Shown here in pieces: positions 19,895 through 29,367 of a stretch of DNA of 64,000 nt (the first letter of the stretch is position 1; every line of letters begins with the position of its first letter). The notes under the pieces are model-generated. The model ran no database searches and was not told the origin of the DNA. It was given only the letters and a program-made list of their open reading frames with translations. The translations under genes were made by a program, and so were the position numbers. Source of the stretch: a virus; the IMG/VR virus record IMGVR_UViG_3300045988_141072, positions 32,001 through 96,000 of that record; one strand, written 5' to 3'.

Positions 19895-20303
19895 CTCGTC
19901 CACATCTCGTCCACATTCAAGATAATCACACATAAAAATAATAAAACACAAAACAACACAAATCATCATAGACCATTTCGTGTAAAGCCTATGTTTATTA
20001 GCATTATACGACATATTAAATCATAATATAACATAGAAAAACAAATGGCTTTAGAATGGGTAACAACCCAATGGTTGGTGCTACAGTTGCTGTTGCTGTT
20101 TCCGTTGAAGAAGCTGCAAAGGCTGGTAAGTTCTAAATAAAAAGCTTGATTTTATAGGCTTTTGGAGAGTCTTTGGAGAAATCCGAAGACTCTCTTATTT
20201 TTTATAAAAGTGCATGTGGACGAAAATAATATTGAAATGTCCACATCTCGTCCACATAAATTTAAAATGTGGACGAGAAAACAATATTGAAAATGTGGAC
20301 GAG
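19895..20303 (+). promoter_or_regulatory. attP-like region: 7 copies of an 11-bp arm-type site (CTCGTCCACAT / ATGTGGACGAG) flanking a core that resembles the 3' end of a host gene
   Basis: Direct copies at 19895-19905, 19906-19916, 20239-20246 (partial) and 20247-20257. Inverted copies at 20214-20223, 20267-20277 and 20293-20303. The core at 20056-20136 reads MGNNPMVGATVAVAVSVEEAAKAGKF-stop with atypical codon use. Confidence 0.5.
20165..20203 (+). terminator. rho-independent terminator inside the attP-like core
   Basis: GAGAGTCTT (20165-20173) pairs with AAGACTCTC (20186-20194), followed by TTATTTTTT. Confidence 0.6.
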
Positions 20304-20355
20304 GTATGTTATACTCCTAATAAAAGGAACATCCGTTCTTGAAAGGAGTATAACT

Positions 20356-21666
20356 ATGGGTGATGTGTTAATTAAAGCAAGAACTCGTAACAGTGGTAAA
20401 GTAGTATATGAATATCGGTTTGAAGTTGCTTCTATAGATGGCAAACGTCAATGGAAGACTAAATCAGGCTTTGCTACAAAAAGAGAAGCTAGAGAAGCTG
20501 GTAAGATAGCACAGCAAGCATATGAACATGTGGGACAAGCTGTTGAACCTTCAGATATGTCATATGCTGATTTCCTAGATATGTGGTTAGAGAAAGACTG
20601 TAAACTCACTTGCAAATCTTCTACGCTTGTAGGATATGAGAAAAAGATTAGATTATATATCAAACCTGAAATCGGCTCATATAAGCTAAAAACTATTACA
20701 AAAGATACATTACAAGATTTCATTACCAAAATGTATGATGAAGGCTACTCAATCAATACAGTGAACTCAGTTAAAGGATTATTAACAAAATCATTTACTT
20801 ATGCTTTAGACAGACATTATATCATATCAACACCTGCAATAAATTTAGTAGTTCCGACAAAGAAACAACCAAAGAAAACTACGAGAAGTAAGAAACACGT
20901 TTATATTCCTCAAGATATTATGCAAAAAATATTTAAAAGATTCCCCGAGGGCTCGTCAGCTTATATCCCTATTATGATTGGTTATCATACAGGATTACGC
21001 TTGGGAGAGATATATGGACTTGTATGGGAAGATATTGATTTTAAGAATAAAACACTCTCAGTTAATAGACAAGTTCAATGGGAAGCAGGCGAAGCAAGAT
21101 CCGAAGAAGAAAAGAAAAAAACTAATGGTACATCTAAATCTAATGGGTATTGGTACTTCTCTAAGCCTAAATATAATTCTTTTAGAGCAATAAATCTTGA
21201 CGATGTAATATTAGAAGCTCTGAAAAAAGAACACGACAAACAGCTAAAAGCAAGAGAATATTTTGATAAATATTACAATCGATATTATAGTGAAAATGAA
21301 ATGACATATGCTAAAACTGATGATATATTACCAATGAATAAAGTATCTCAAGAAAAGTCACCTTATGAAGTTGATTTTATTTGTAGACGAGAAGATGGCT
21401 CATATATCAGTGCAAGAACAACACAACATACGTCCTCTATAATTCATAAACAGTTACATTTTCCTCAGTACGATACACATAGTTTAAGACACACTCATGG
21501 AACAATATTGTACGAAAATGGAGCTAGTTTTATGTATATTAAGGAGAGGTTAGGACATAAAAATCTACAGACAACAATTGAGATATACACAAATCATTAT
21601 ACAGATACAATAAATAAAAATGGCAATATTGTTTTAAATAATGCTTTTAGTAAGGAGAATGTATGA
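20356..21666 (+). CDS. int: tyrosine recombinase / phage integrase
   Basis: GAAAGGAG RBS then ATG at 20356. N-terminal arm-binding-like domain. Catalytic region GLRLGE...HSLRHTHGT...LGHKNLQTTIEIYTNH (R-H-R-Y). Confidence 0.9.
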   Translation: MGDVLIKARTRNSGKVVYEYRFEVASIDGKRQWKTKSGFATKREAREAGKIAQQAYEHVGQAVEPSDMSYADFLDMWLEKDCKLTCKSSTLVGYEKKIRLYIKPEIGSYKLKTITKDTLQDFITKMYDEGYSINTVNSVKGLLTKSFTYALDRHYIISTPAINLVVPTKKQPKKTTRSKKHVYIPQDIMQKIFKRFPEGSSAYIPIMIGYHTGLRLGEIYGLVWEDIDFKNKTLSVNRQVQWEAGEARSEEEKKKTNGTSKSNGYWYFSKPKYNSFRAINLDDVILEALKKEHDKQLKAREYFDKYYNRYYSENEMTYAKTDDILPMNKVSQEKSPYEVDFICRREDGSYISARTTQHTSSIIHKQLHFPQYDTHSLRHTHGTILYENGASFMYIKERLGHKNLQTTIEIYTNHYTDTINKNGNIVLNNAFSKENV

Positions 21667-21821
21667 TATATTTGATTAATAATATTCGACAACATGAAAG
21701 ACATTTTTGGAATTGTTTATATGGTATCGCTACACAAGAACAAATTAAAAGAATTTTAGATGGACATAAAGTTACAATATCTGATACCATATATCAAATT
21801 GTAGAACCAGAAAAATCGTAA
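21663..21821 (+). CDS. small hypothetical protein (52 aa), ATGA-overlapped with the int stop
   Basis: MIYLINNIRQHERHFWNCLYG... Below the ORF-track cutoff. Confidence 0.3.
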   Translation: MIYLINNIRQHERHFWNCLYGIATQEQIKRILDGHKVTISDTIYQIVEPEKS

Positions 21822-21826
21822 AAAAT

Positions 21827-21864
21827 AGGGACACCAGAAATTAATCTAGTGTCCCTTGTTTTAT
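21827..21864. terminator. bidirectional terminator between the convergent early (+) and late (-) blocks
   Basis: AGGGACAC (21827-21834) pairs with GTGTCCCT (21849-21856). A/T runs on both sides. Confidence 0.6.
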
Positions 21865-21867
21865 ATC

Positions 21868-22602
21868 CTATTTAACTTTAATAAGTTTTCCCTTTTTAAG
21901 TAATTTGAATAATTTAGTATTCTGCTTTACAGTTCCTAAATATAACCTATTAATACCATTAGCTTTAGCGATTTTAGCTCTATAACGAAAACTATTATTA
22001 ATACCCAAACTATTTAAGGCTTCTGTTAAACTAACTGATTTACCCGTATACTTTTTATAATACTCAACCTTAGTGTTCGTCTTTGATGTTGTAGGTTTAG
22101 CAGTAGAAGAACTAGTAATCTTATTATATACTAAATCACAACTCCATAATATATATTCCCATTTCTGCCATGATACAGGGCGTTTCTGACAACCATAAGC
22201 TGAACCATCTTCAGCAATATAGTAACTGTCTGAACCATCTGATTTCTTACCAACTGAAATTAACACACCAATGTGTCCCTGTTTCCATAACAAACAGCCC
22301 GGCTGTGCTTTTGTAATATCCTTAATGGGTAACGTTTTTGTTGCGGTAGACTTATACTCACTTGAACCCCTGATGATACCCGTAAAGGCTGAAATAAGCC
22401 CAGAACAATCACAAGGATATTTACCAACACATTTTATGTCTGAATTCCAAACCATTGAACCATAGGCGTTTTTAAGCCTATCATAATCAGCATTTGTGCA
22501 TTTCTTATTCCAATTGTAATTCTGCTTGAATCCATATAAATAAGGATTTCCGATTTTAGTTTTTACATACTTTACTAAATCTTTTGCATTTTTCTTAGCC
22601 AT
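21868..22602 (-). CDS. endolysin: N-terminal NlpC/P60-type cysteine peptidase plus C-terminal cell-wall-binding module
   Basis: Catalytic Cys context PCDCSGLISAF and His GHIGVLI. C-terminal SLTEALNSLGINNSFRYRAKIAKANGI...GTVKQNTKLFKLLKKGKL. AAGGAGGAAAA RBS. Confidence 0.75.
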   Translation of the reverse strand: MAKKNAKDLVKYVKTKIGNPYLYGFKQNYNWNKKCTNADYDRLKNAYGSMVWNSDIKCVGKYPCDCSGLISAFTGIIRGSSEYKSTATKTLPIKDITKAQPGCLLWKQGHIGVLISVGKKSDGSDSYYIAEDGSAYGCQKRPVSWQKWEYILWSCDLVYNKITSSSTAKPTTSKTNTKVEYYKKYTGKSVSLTEALNSLGINNSFRYRAKIAKANGINRLYLGTVKQNTKLFKLLKKGKLIKVK

Positions 22603-22681
22603 TAATTTTTCCTCCTTTTTACACTTACAAAATAAAAGAGAGCAGTATATGACTGCTCTCTAAGTTAGTTAATATTTAATT

Positions 22682-24133
22682 TTAAATGCTTCTTATCCCT
22701 TGAATAGCACTTGCTATAATACCTCCTAAAATATTATGTCCTTCTTGTAACGGATGGGTTTTATAATTATCAAAATAACTTGATTGGCTTTGGATGTGCG
22801 GATTGAGTCCGCTGATGCTGTATAAATCAATTATTGGTATTGAATAATAATCACAAACTTCTTTAATTATATTTCCATAATCTTTAAGGGTTAAACCATG
22901 GTTATTTTTACTTTCTATTGATGTATAAGGACTTTGACAACGTTTTATAGGAGTACAAAATATTATTTGTTTTCCTTTATATTTTTCTAACAAAGCTAAA
23001 CATGTATTATGTAATGCACCATAAAATGTATTATTCGTTCTATCGATCATTGTTCCTATTTCAGTCCAATTATATTGAAAATCATTTGTTCCACCTGCGT
23101 AAATAATTAAATCTCCATCTGACATAAGTTTAATTCTTTCACTTAGAGGTGTTCTGGAATCTCCAATTTTAGCAGCTATCCATTTATTATTTTCACTATC
23201 ATATTTATATGTATTATAAGATTGACCAATTATAATATCATAAATTTTTGAAGTGTCTTTAGTGGCATTATTAAATTCAGTTCCATTAGCAAAACATCCA
23301 CCATAATCTTCTTTACATGCGAACGTACTTCCACCAATGGAATAATTAATTAATTTCATTCCTAATTTTTCTGCAACAATATTTGGATAAGGCTTATCAA
23401 CATTACCCTGCATTGTTTGTCCATGTGGGATGCTATCACCTGTAAATATAAGTGTTTTATCCTTCCAATAACTACTAACATCCATATTATCAATTTCTTC
23501 TTTATTATACATTAATTTCTTATTAACAATTACTTTTTCATCAGTTTTAATATTTTTAACAATTGAAATTAATTCAGTGGCTTTATTAACGTTAATTGTA
23601 TTTGACCATACTCTTATATATTTTATTGTATCACTTGATTCTATAGTTACAGAATCTGTTTGATATTTAGATGTTTGACCACCTGAAAGTTCTTTATTTG
23701 AATTATAAAGACAATATGCAAATCCAACTGATGATGTTAGTGCAGAAATTGTAATAGGATTATCATCAATTTCAATATAGTCTCTAGTTCTTATTCTGGT
23801 ACTTGTATCGTTATTTTCTCCCTTTTCATTTAAAGCTCCAAATTCCCAAGTGGGATTTAGTGTAATATCTCCATTAACAAGTTCTTTCATACTAAGTGAA
23901 CCAGTTTTAAAAAAATTTAAAAGAATATTATTAGCAACAGCGTTTGTGCTATCCTCATCAAATACGCTTTCAATAGAAATATTGCTATTATTTAGTTTTT
24001 CTTCAATTATTTCTTCTGTTTTATTAGATGAATATACATTTTTATCTGATTTAGCAGTATCATTAATGATAGGGAAAGTATATTTACATGTACTCCACAA
24101 TTGAGAAATAATTTTTTTTAATTCCAAATTCAT
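22682..24133 (-). CDS. tail-fibre-associated protein with C-terminal SGNH/GDSL hydrolase (esterase) domain
   Basis: SGNH blocks FTGDSIPHG, GGTNDF and HPLQEGH. Start moved to the ATG at 24133 (GGTGGTG RBS). Confidence 0.65.
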   Translation of the reverse strand: MNLELKKIISQLWSTCKYTFPIINDTAKSDKNVYSSNKTEEIIEEKLNNSNISIESVFDEDSTNAVANNILLNFFKTGSLSMKELVNGDITLNPTWEFGALNEKGENNDTSTRIRTRDYIEIDDNPITISALTSSVGFAYCLYNSNKELSGGQTSKYQTDSVTIESSDTIKYIRVWSNTINVNKATELISIVKNIKTDEKVIVNKKLMYNKEEIDNMDVSSYWKDKTLIFTGDSIPHGQTMQGNVDKPYPNIVAEKLGMKLINYSIGGSTFACKEDYGGCFANGTEFNNATKDTSKIYDIIIGQSYNTYKYDSENNKWIAAKIGDSRTPLSERIKLMSDGDLIIYAGGTNDFQYNWTEIGTMIDRTNNTFYGALHNTCLALLEKYKGKQIIFCTPIKRCQSPYTSIESKNNHGLTLKDYGNIIKEVCDYYSIPIIDLYSISGLNPHIQSQSSYFDNYKTHPLQEGHNILGGIIASAIQGIRSI

Positions 24134-24151
24134 AATTAACACCACCTATTA

Positions 24152-24340
24152 CTAAACATCTTCAATATCTTCACCAATTACTATATCTGTTTCTTCATAA
24201 ATTCTCTCTTCAGAAAATTCTATAGGGTCGTACGCTTCGTCATATAGAACATTTTCACGTTTGATTTTCATTCCTTTATCGGAATATGTGTGAATAAATT
24301 CTTTTCCGTTGGTTATTTTGTTTTCAACAATTATCATCAT
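24152..24340 (-). CDS. hypothetical small protein
   Basis: ORF translationally coupled to the upstream gene (overlap at 24337-24340). Confidence 0.4.
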   Translation of the reverse strand: MMIIVENKITNGKEFIHTYSDKGMKIKRENVLYDEAYDPIEFSEERIYEETDIVIGEDIEDV

Positions 24341-25242
24341 TCCACCTCCGTTGTTATTGTAGTGCTTATATAATCGTGTAATAATTTATCATCTGCTAAT
24401 TCTATTCCATCTGAATATAAATGTTCTATCTGATAAGTATTCTTATATTGAAGAACGGTAGTATCTTTTGGAATTTCAAATTCTATAGAATCAACCAATA
24501 TAAACATCATATCTTTATTGCACCAATACATATCCTCATATATTGTTCCTTCTAATTTGATTATTCGGTCAGCAATCGTTACCCAATTGGTTGCTTTTTT
24601 ATATGATTCAAGTAAAGACTCTGGTACATAAAGATAGCCGTATTTTGGGAAAATACTTGGGAGTAATGATATAGAGCTTATTGAATTTACTCCAGAGGTT
24701 CTTCGATATATTAATGTCTTTAAATTATTGCAACCAGAAAAAGGTTGAAAACTTAATGTTATTGTATTAATATCTATTAACTCTAATTTTCCACAGTTTT
24801 GAAACGTTGATGAAGCACTGCTGGAGACAAACAAGGGTAATATGACCTTTTTCAACATAGTACAATTATAAAAAGTACTTGTTCCATTCATCGACCCTGA
24901 TTTCAATATTTCTATTTTTTCAAGGTTTAAGTCTGAACTAAAACACTGAGTTGCAATATTTGTACAGTTAGGAATATCAATTTTAGTCAATTTACTACAA
25001 CTGCAAAATGCATAACTTCTTAATTCTGTTAAACTTTCGCTTTTAAATTCAGTAAGATTGCCAGTTAATAATCCTTCTAACTCCACATTATCTCTAACAT
25101 CATTAACTTTATCTACCAAGGTAGATAAATTATCATCATCAGATACGTCAACCTTTCTGCTGATTAGAATATTTTTTAACTTATTTCTTAGATTTACTAA
25201 GGATTCTATTTCCCATATACTAGTCATTGTCTCCACCTCCAT
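24337..25242 (-). CDS. BspA-type leucine-rich repeat (LRR_5-like) protein
   Basis: Repeated F-x-x-C-x-x-L-x-x-I-x-(I/L)P units (AFCSCSKLTKIDIP, FYNCTMLKKVILP, FQNCGKLELIDI, FSGCNNLKTLIY). Confidence 0.6.
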   Translation of the reverse strand: MEVETMTSIWEIESLVNLRNKLKNILISRKVDVSDDDNLSTLVDKVNDVRDNVELEGLLTGNLTEFKSESLTELRSYAFCSCSKLTKIDIPNCTNIATQCFSSDLNLEKIEILKSGSMNGTSTFYNCTMLKKVILPLFVSSSASSTFQNCGKLELIDINTITLSFQPFSGCNNLKTLIYRRTSGVNSISSISLLPSIFPKYGYLYVPESLLESYKKATNWVTIADRIIKLEGTIYEDMYWCNKDMMFILVDSIEFEIPKDTTVLQYKNTYQIEHLYSDGIELADDKLLHDYISTTITTEVE

Positions 25243-26320
25243 TCACATAATTGTCAACCAAGCTATTAACAAGTTCGTCTTGGGTCATAATAGGAGAAGT
25301 AGAATTTAATATTTCATTTAATTCATCTTGTGTAACAAACATAAACTCTAATTCATTTTTGATTTTATTAATTGAGTAAGTTTTGTTTGTCGATGATTCT
25401 AGAGTATCGTCAATTGTTAAAAAAGAAATATCCTCCTTATCTTGCTCAGTTAAAACATAATCCTTTCCATCAGAACCCTTTTCTCCTTGTTTTCCCGGCT
25501 CACCTTTAAGTGATTCAAGCCATTCAATATATGTACCTGTAAACTCAGGATAAGCTTGTTGATATAATTCAAATGCCGATTTACCATCAGCACCAGTATC
25601 ACCTTTTTCTCCATCAAAGTAGTCAACATTTTTTACAGGAGTATAACCATCCTTGCCAATTTTTCCATTAAAGACATCAAAAGATTTTTCTCCTTCTTTA
25701 TCTTGAATTACAACCTTGTGTCCATTTTCAATATCAGTTATTGAAACAGTGGGAGAATAACCATCTTCACCATTTTCCCCTTTTTCACCTTGAATACCCT
25801 GTTCGCCTTGTTTTCCGTCAAAATCACCGTTGTTTGCACGTTCTTCAATAGATTTAGCTGTATCTAAAGCTTCTTTACTTCTTAATAGTATCTCAGCAAT
25901 TAAATCTTTTTGTTCTTCTGTAGTGTTGTGGTTACCAGATGGATGTTCGTTTATATGAATAATAGCGGTAGAGGTTTTTAAAACAACATCGTTGTCATCG
26001 TTAGAATTGTTAGTGAATGTAAGATATAATATAATTTCGCCAGAAACAGAAGTGAAACGTTCATCTATATTAATTTGATACACTAATAATTCTTTATATA
26101 AATAATCTTGTAAACAATCGTTAATTAAAAGATTATTTTCATTTCCATCAGGCATAATATATGTCAACGCACAATCACATTCACTTAAGTTAATTCCACC
26201 ATAGGTCTGTGGAATCAATATCTCTAAATAGTCAACATTCTTTTCGCCCTTAAAAACTCTAACATGATTGCAAGCACCAAGGACTTTAGAATTTGCTCTA
26301 AAAATTAATTGTTCGTTCAT
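25220..26320 (-). CDS. collagen-like triple-helix-repeat tail fibre protein
   Basis: G-X-Y runs (GKQGEQGIQGEKGENGEDG; GEKGDTGADGKS; GEPGKQGEKGSDGKD). Start set at the ATG at 26320, 7 nt after AAGGAG. Confidence 0.65.
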   Translation of the reverse strand: MNEQLIFRANSKVLGACNHVRVFKGEKNVDYLEILIPQTYGGINLSECDCALTYIMPDGNENNLLINDCLQDYLYKELLVYQINIDERFTSVSGEIILYLTFTNNSNDDNDVVLKTSTAIIHINEHPSGNHNTTEEQKDLIAEILLRSKEALDTAKSIEERANNGDFDGKQGEQGIQGEKGENGEDGYSPTVSITDIENGHKVVIQDKEGEKSFDVFNGKIGKDGYTPVKNVDYFDGEKGDTGADGKSAFELYQQAYPEFTGTYIEWLESLKGEPGKQGEKGSDGKDYVLTEQDKEDISFLTIDDTLESSTNKTYSINKIKNELEFMFVTQDELNEILNSTSPIMTQDELVNSLVDNYVNGGGDND

Positions 26321-26370
26321 TTTCATTCTCCTTAAAATAAAAGGAGTGAGACTAGCCCACTCCCTCAAAA

Positions 26371-29355
26371 TTATTCAGTTACAGTAAGCGTCATAGCATC
26401 TGACAACGCCCAACTACCATTACCGTCTGTTACAAGGCATCTATACTGCCTTCCATTGTAATTTGTGCCAGGAATAGCAAAGCTAAGAGCAGAAGTATTA
26501 TATCCAGTAACAGTTGTATTGCTCCATGTTGTTCCTGTGCTAGATACCTGCCATTGATATGTTAATTTGTTACTCTTACTTGATTTTGCTACAACCGAGA
26601 TATTTATTGTGTCACCAACCTTAGCTGAAACATCCTGTGGTTGAGAGGTAATCGTAACATCAGGAACACCATTAAGTGTAAGTGTCGCTGAATTTGATGC
26701 TAAAGTATTTCCACTTACATCAGTAATTACACATCTGAACATTCTTCCATTATAATCTGCATTTGGAATAGCAAAATTAATGAATTTACTTGTATTTCCA
26801 TTTACAGAAGTATTTCCCCAAGTCATGCCACCATCTTTACTTAATTGCCACTGATACGTTAAAGTATCACCCTCTGCTATAACACTAAATGAAACAGAGT
26901 TTCCAACTGCTGAGTCTACATCTATTGGCTGAGTTGTGATTTTAATTGGACTTGTATTAATTACAGTGAGTTTTGCTGCGTTTGAAATAACTGTATCTCC
27001 AAATAATGTGTCTGTAACAACACATCTGTACAATCTTCCATTAAGCACCGTTCCAACAGGTGAAACAGTTAATATCGGTGTTTTGTTTCCATCTAAGCCA
27101 GTATCACCCCAATTTGCACCATTAGATGAACTTACTTGCCATTGATATGAAAGATTATTTCCTTCGGCAACAACCGTAAATATAGCAGAATCGCCAATTG
27201 CGACAGAAACGTCTGTTGGTTGTTTTGTAATCTTTAATGTGGTAGTGCTTAATTCACTTAACCACAAAGGAATATCTTTTAATTTACTCCATACAAACTC
27301 ACCAAGATTTTTACCAGCAAGAGCAGTATGATGTATATTATCAATATTATACTTATCGGACGCAATCATTCTTGCATATCCAAGTCCTGCCTCTTCACCC
27401 ATGGCTATGTATGGAACACTATTAATAGCACATACCTCTTTAATAGCTTTCCATTGGTCATATTTTGTATGATTATCACTAGCAAAAGTTTTTTCAGGTG
27501 TAAACTCAACTGTTTTATCACCAGATTTATAACGACTATTTGTTGAAGAAATAACAACTATTTGTGCGTTTGTATTCTTCTGAAGATATCTAATGCATTG
27601 ATTCAACGCACCACAAAATGTATTATCGCCTGTATCATAAATAGTTCCAAGAATAGCAGAAGTGTCGTTTGCACCGACTTCCAATGTGATTAAGTCAGCA
27701 GAAGTCTTTCCATCTGTGGTGTTCATCACAGCATCTTTAATTAATGTGTTAGCGCATATACCACCACCAGATTTACCTTTGTTTGTTAATGTTAATCCAC
27801 TCAAATCTCTAACTGTTTTACAATACTGCCCAACATTGTCAATATCTGTTAAACTTGTACCATAAGCATACCATTTTTTATTTTTCCAATGATTATTATC
27901 TATATTATTAGAATTTCCGGCAATTTCAATCCATTCATCATTAAGATAATACATTAAACATTTTAAATCTGTATCATAATATGTTTGTCCCTGATTAGCT
28001 GCATAACTTTCTCTTAATTTAGTTGTTCCTGATAATGCATGAATTGAGTTTCTTACCTTAAAATTCTTTCCATTTCCTTTTTCAAAAAATGGAATATTTA
28101 CTACATTAGTAGCCGAATCATCCATAACAGTAAATGAAATATCGCCACTAAACATTCCATTTTTAGATTCTTTTGCAAGATTACCTAGCACCCCACCAGG
28201 AGTGGCAGAAGCATATCTTTCAATACAAAAATCAATTAAATTAATTCGCTGTGTTCCAGTATTTGAATGAAAATACGGGAGATTCACGTCTCTTTCATCA
28301 CAACAGTTAATTAATGTAATAGCATGATTAAATGCTCTCTGATATGTGTAATTGCCGAAAGTATAACCATATACATTTTTTATTGCCGAACAGTTATTCA
28401 TAACAACGTGTTCGCCGCCAACCTGAAAAGCTTCATAGAATCCAGAACAACCACAAGAATTAAAGTTATTTTCCTGTCCGTTATTACTTCCATTAAGCAT
28501 TCTAATACCGATACAGCCTTTAACTGCTTTAGTTAAACTAGCATTTGTGTTTGTATATGCAATACACTTAATTCTATCCAATCTGGCTCTTCCAAAGTTA
28601 AATAAATCAATACACACAACAGGTTTTTGATTAGTAGCAAGCCTAACTTCAAATTCTGTTAAATGAATTACATTATTTGGACTATTGGTAGAAGGAAGAG
28701 CAGAAATTACTTCATACTGTTTTAATGTATCAATACTATTTAACACATCCTGTGAAACAAAAAGTCTTGTACCATATATAGAAGAACTATCTTTTTCGCC
28801 CGTCATCTGACTCTGACCAACGATGTCAATTGTATATCTCTTATCACCTGATGGTAGAGTTATTGCTCTATATATTCCATCTGATGATAATGTAAAACTT
28901 CCAATATTGAATATACCAGAAGATAACTTAACTGTTCCACCACCCAATGCGTATAATTCATCAATAGCTTTCTGTATGATTTTTTCATCGTTTGTTCCGG
29001 TACAAACGTAATCAGCATACCGCTTTTCGTATATGTTAGAATTAGAAGCTGCAATGTAAAGAGTATTATCTTTATATTTTGTTAATATGTTTTTGACACA
29101 AGATAAAGATAATTCATTACCTAAATAGTCTTCAAATTTATAACTATATCCTTCGGTATCTTTATATCTAACAAAATAAACCCTATCTTTAATTCGGTTT
29201 TTTATAGGTTCATTCCCATCTATGACTATAATTCCTTTTGGGATTTTTTTTATTAAATTGGCAAAATCCTTCAAATAATATTTTTCGGATTCGCCTAATT
29301 GTTCACGGATGGAATTAGCAGAATCAGTTAAAAAATTTAAAACATCTTCGTTCAT
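26371..29355 (-). CDS. large multidomain tail fibre/spike: pectate-lyase-like beta-helix, then SGNH esterase, then 3 tandem Ig-like domains
   Basis: N-terminal GTNDEKIIQKAIDELYALGGGTVKLSSGIFNI. SGNH-like WYAYGTSLTD, LEVGANDT and DNIHHT. Three ~90-aa repeats (ITxQPxDV...YQWQ...YRCxVTD...LTV). Confidence 0.7.
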   Translation of the reverse strand: MNEDVLNFLTDSANSIREQLGESEKYYLKDFANLIKKIPKGIIVIDGNEPIKNRIKDRVYFVRYKDTEGYSYKFEDYLGNELSLSCVKNILTKYKDNTLYIAASNSNIYEKRYADYVCTGTNDEKIIQKAIDELYALGGGTVKLSSGIFNIGSFTLSSDGIYRAITLPSGDKRYTIDIVGQSQMTGEKDSSSIYGTRLFVSQDVLNSIDTLKQYEVISALPSTNSPNNVIHLTEFEVRLATNQKPVVCIDLFNFGRARLDRIKCIAYTNTNASLTKAVKGCIGIRMLNGSNNGQENNFNSCGCSGFYEAFQVGGEHVVMNNCSAIKNVYGYTFGNYTYQRAFNHAITLINCCDERDVNLPYFHSNTGTQRINLIDFCIERYASATPGGVLGNLAKESKNGMFSGDISFTVMDDSATNVVNIPFFEKGNGKNFKVRNSIHALSGTTKLRESYAANQGQTYYDTDLKCLMYYLNDEWIEIAGNSNNIDNNHWKNKKWYAYGTSLTDIDNVGQYCKTVRDLSGLTLTNKGKSGGGICANTLIKDAVMNTTDGKTSADLITLEVGANDTSAILGTIYDTGDNTFCGALNQCIRYLQKNTNAQIVVISSTNSRYKSGDKTVEFTPEKTFASDNHTKYDQWKAIKEVCAINSVPYIAMGEEAGLGYARMIASDKYNIDNIHHTALAGKNLGEFVWSKLKDIPLWLSELSTTTLKITKQPTDVSVAIGDSAIFTVVAEGNNLSYQWQVSSSNGANWGDTGLDGNKTPILTVSPVGTVLNGRLYRCVVTDTLFGDTVISNAAKLTVINTSPIKITTQPIDVDSAVGNSVSFSVIAEGDTLTYQWQLSKDGGMTWGNTSVNGNTSKFINFAIPNADYNGRMFRCVITDVSGNTLASNSATLTLNGVPDVTITSQPQDVSAKVGDTINISVVAKSSKSNKLTYQWQVSSTGTTWSNTTVTGYNTSALSFAIPGTNYNGRQYRCLVTDGNGSWALSDAMTLTVTE

Positions 29356-29367
29356 TTGTTCCTCCTT

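Noticed and set aside
20056-20136. 26-codon ORF (MGNNPMVGATVAVAVSVEEAAKAGKF) as a real phage micro-gene.
   Set aside because: It has no RBS, its codon usage is unlike the phage, and it is followed by its own terminator between integrase arm sites. It is better explained as a copy of a host gene's 3' end within attP.
20269-20355. N-terminal 29-codon extension of the integrase given by the ORF track.
   Set aside because: The extension runs through the arm-site repeats, while a GAAAGGAG RBS precedes the ATG at 20356.
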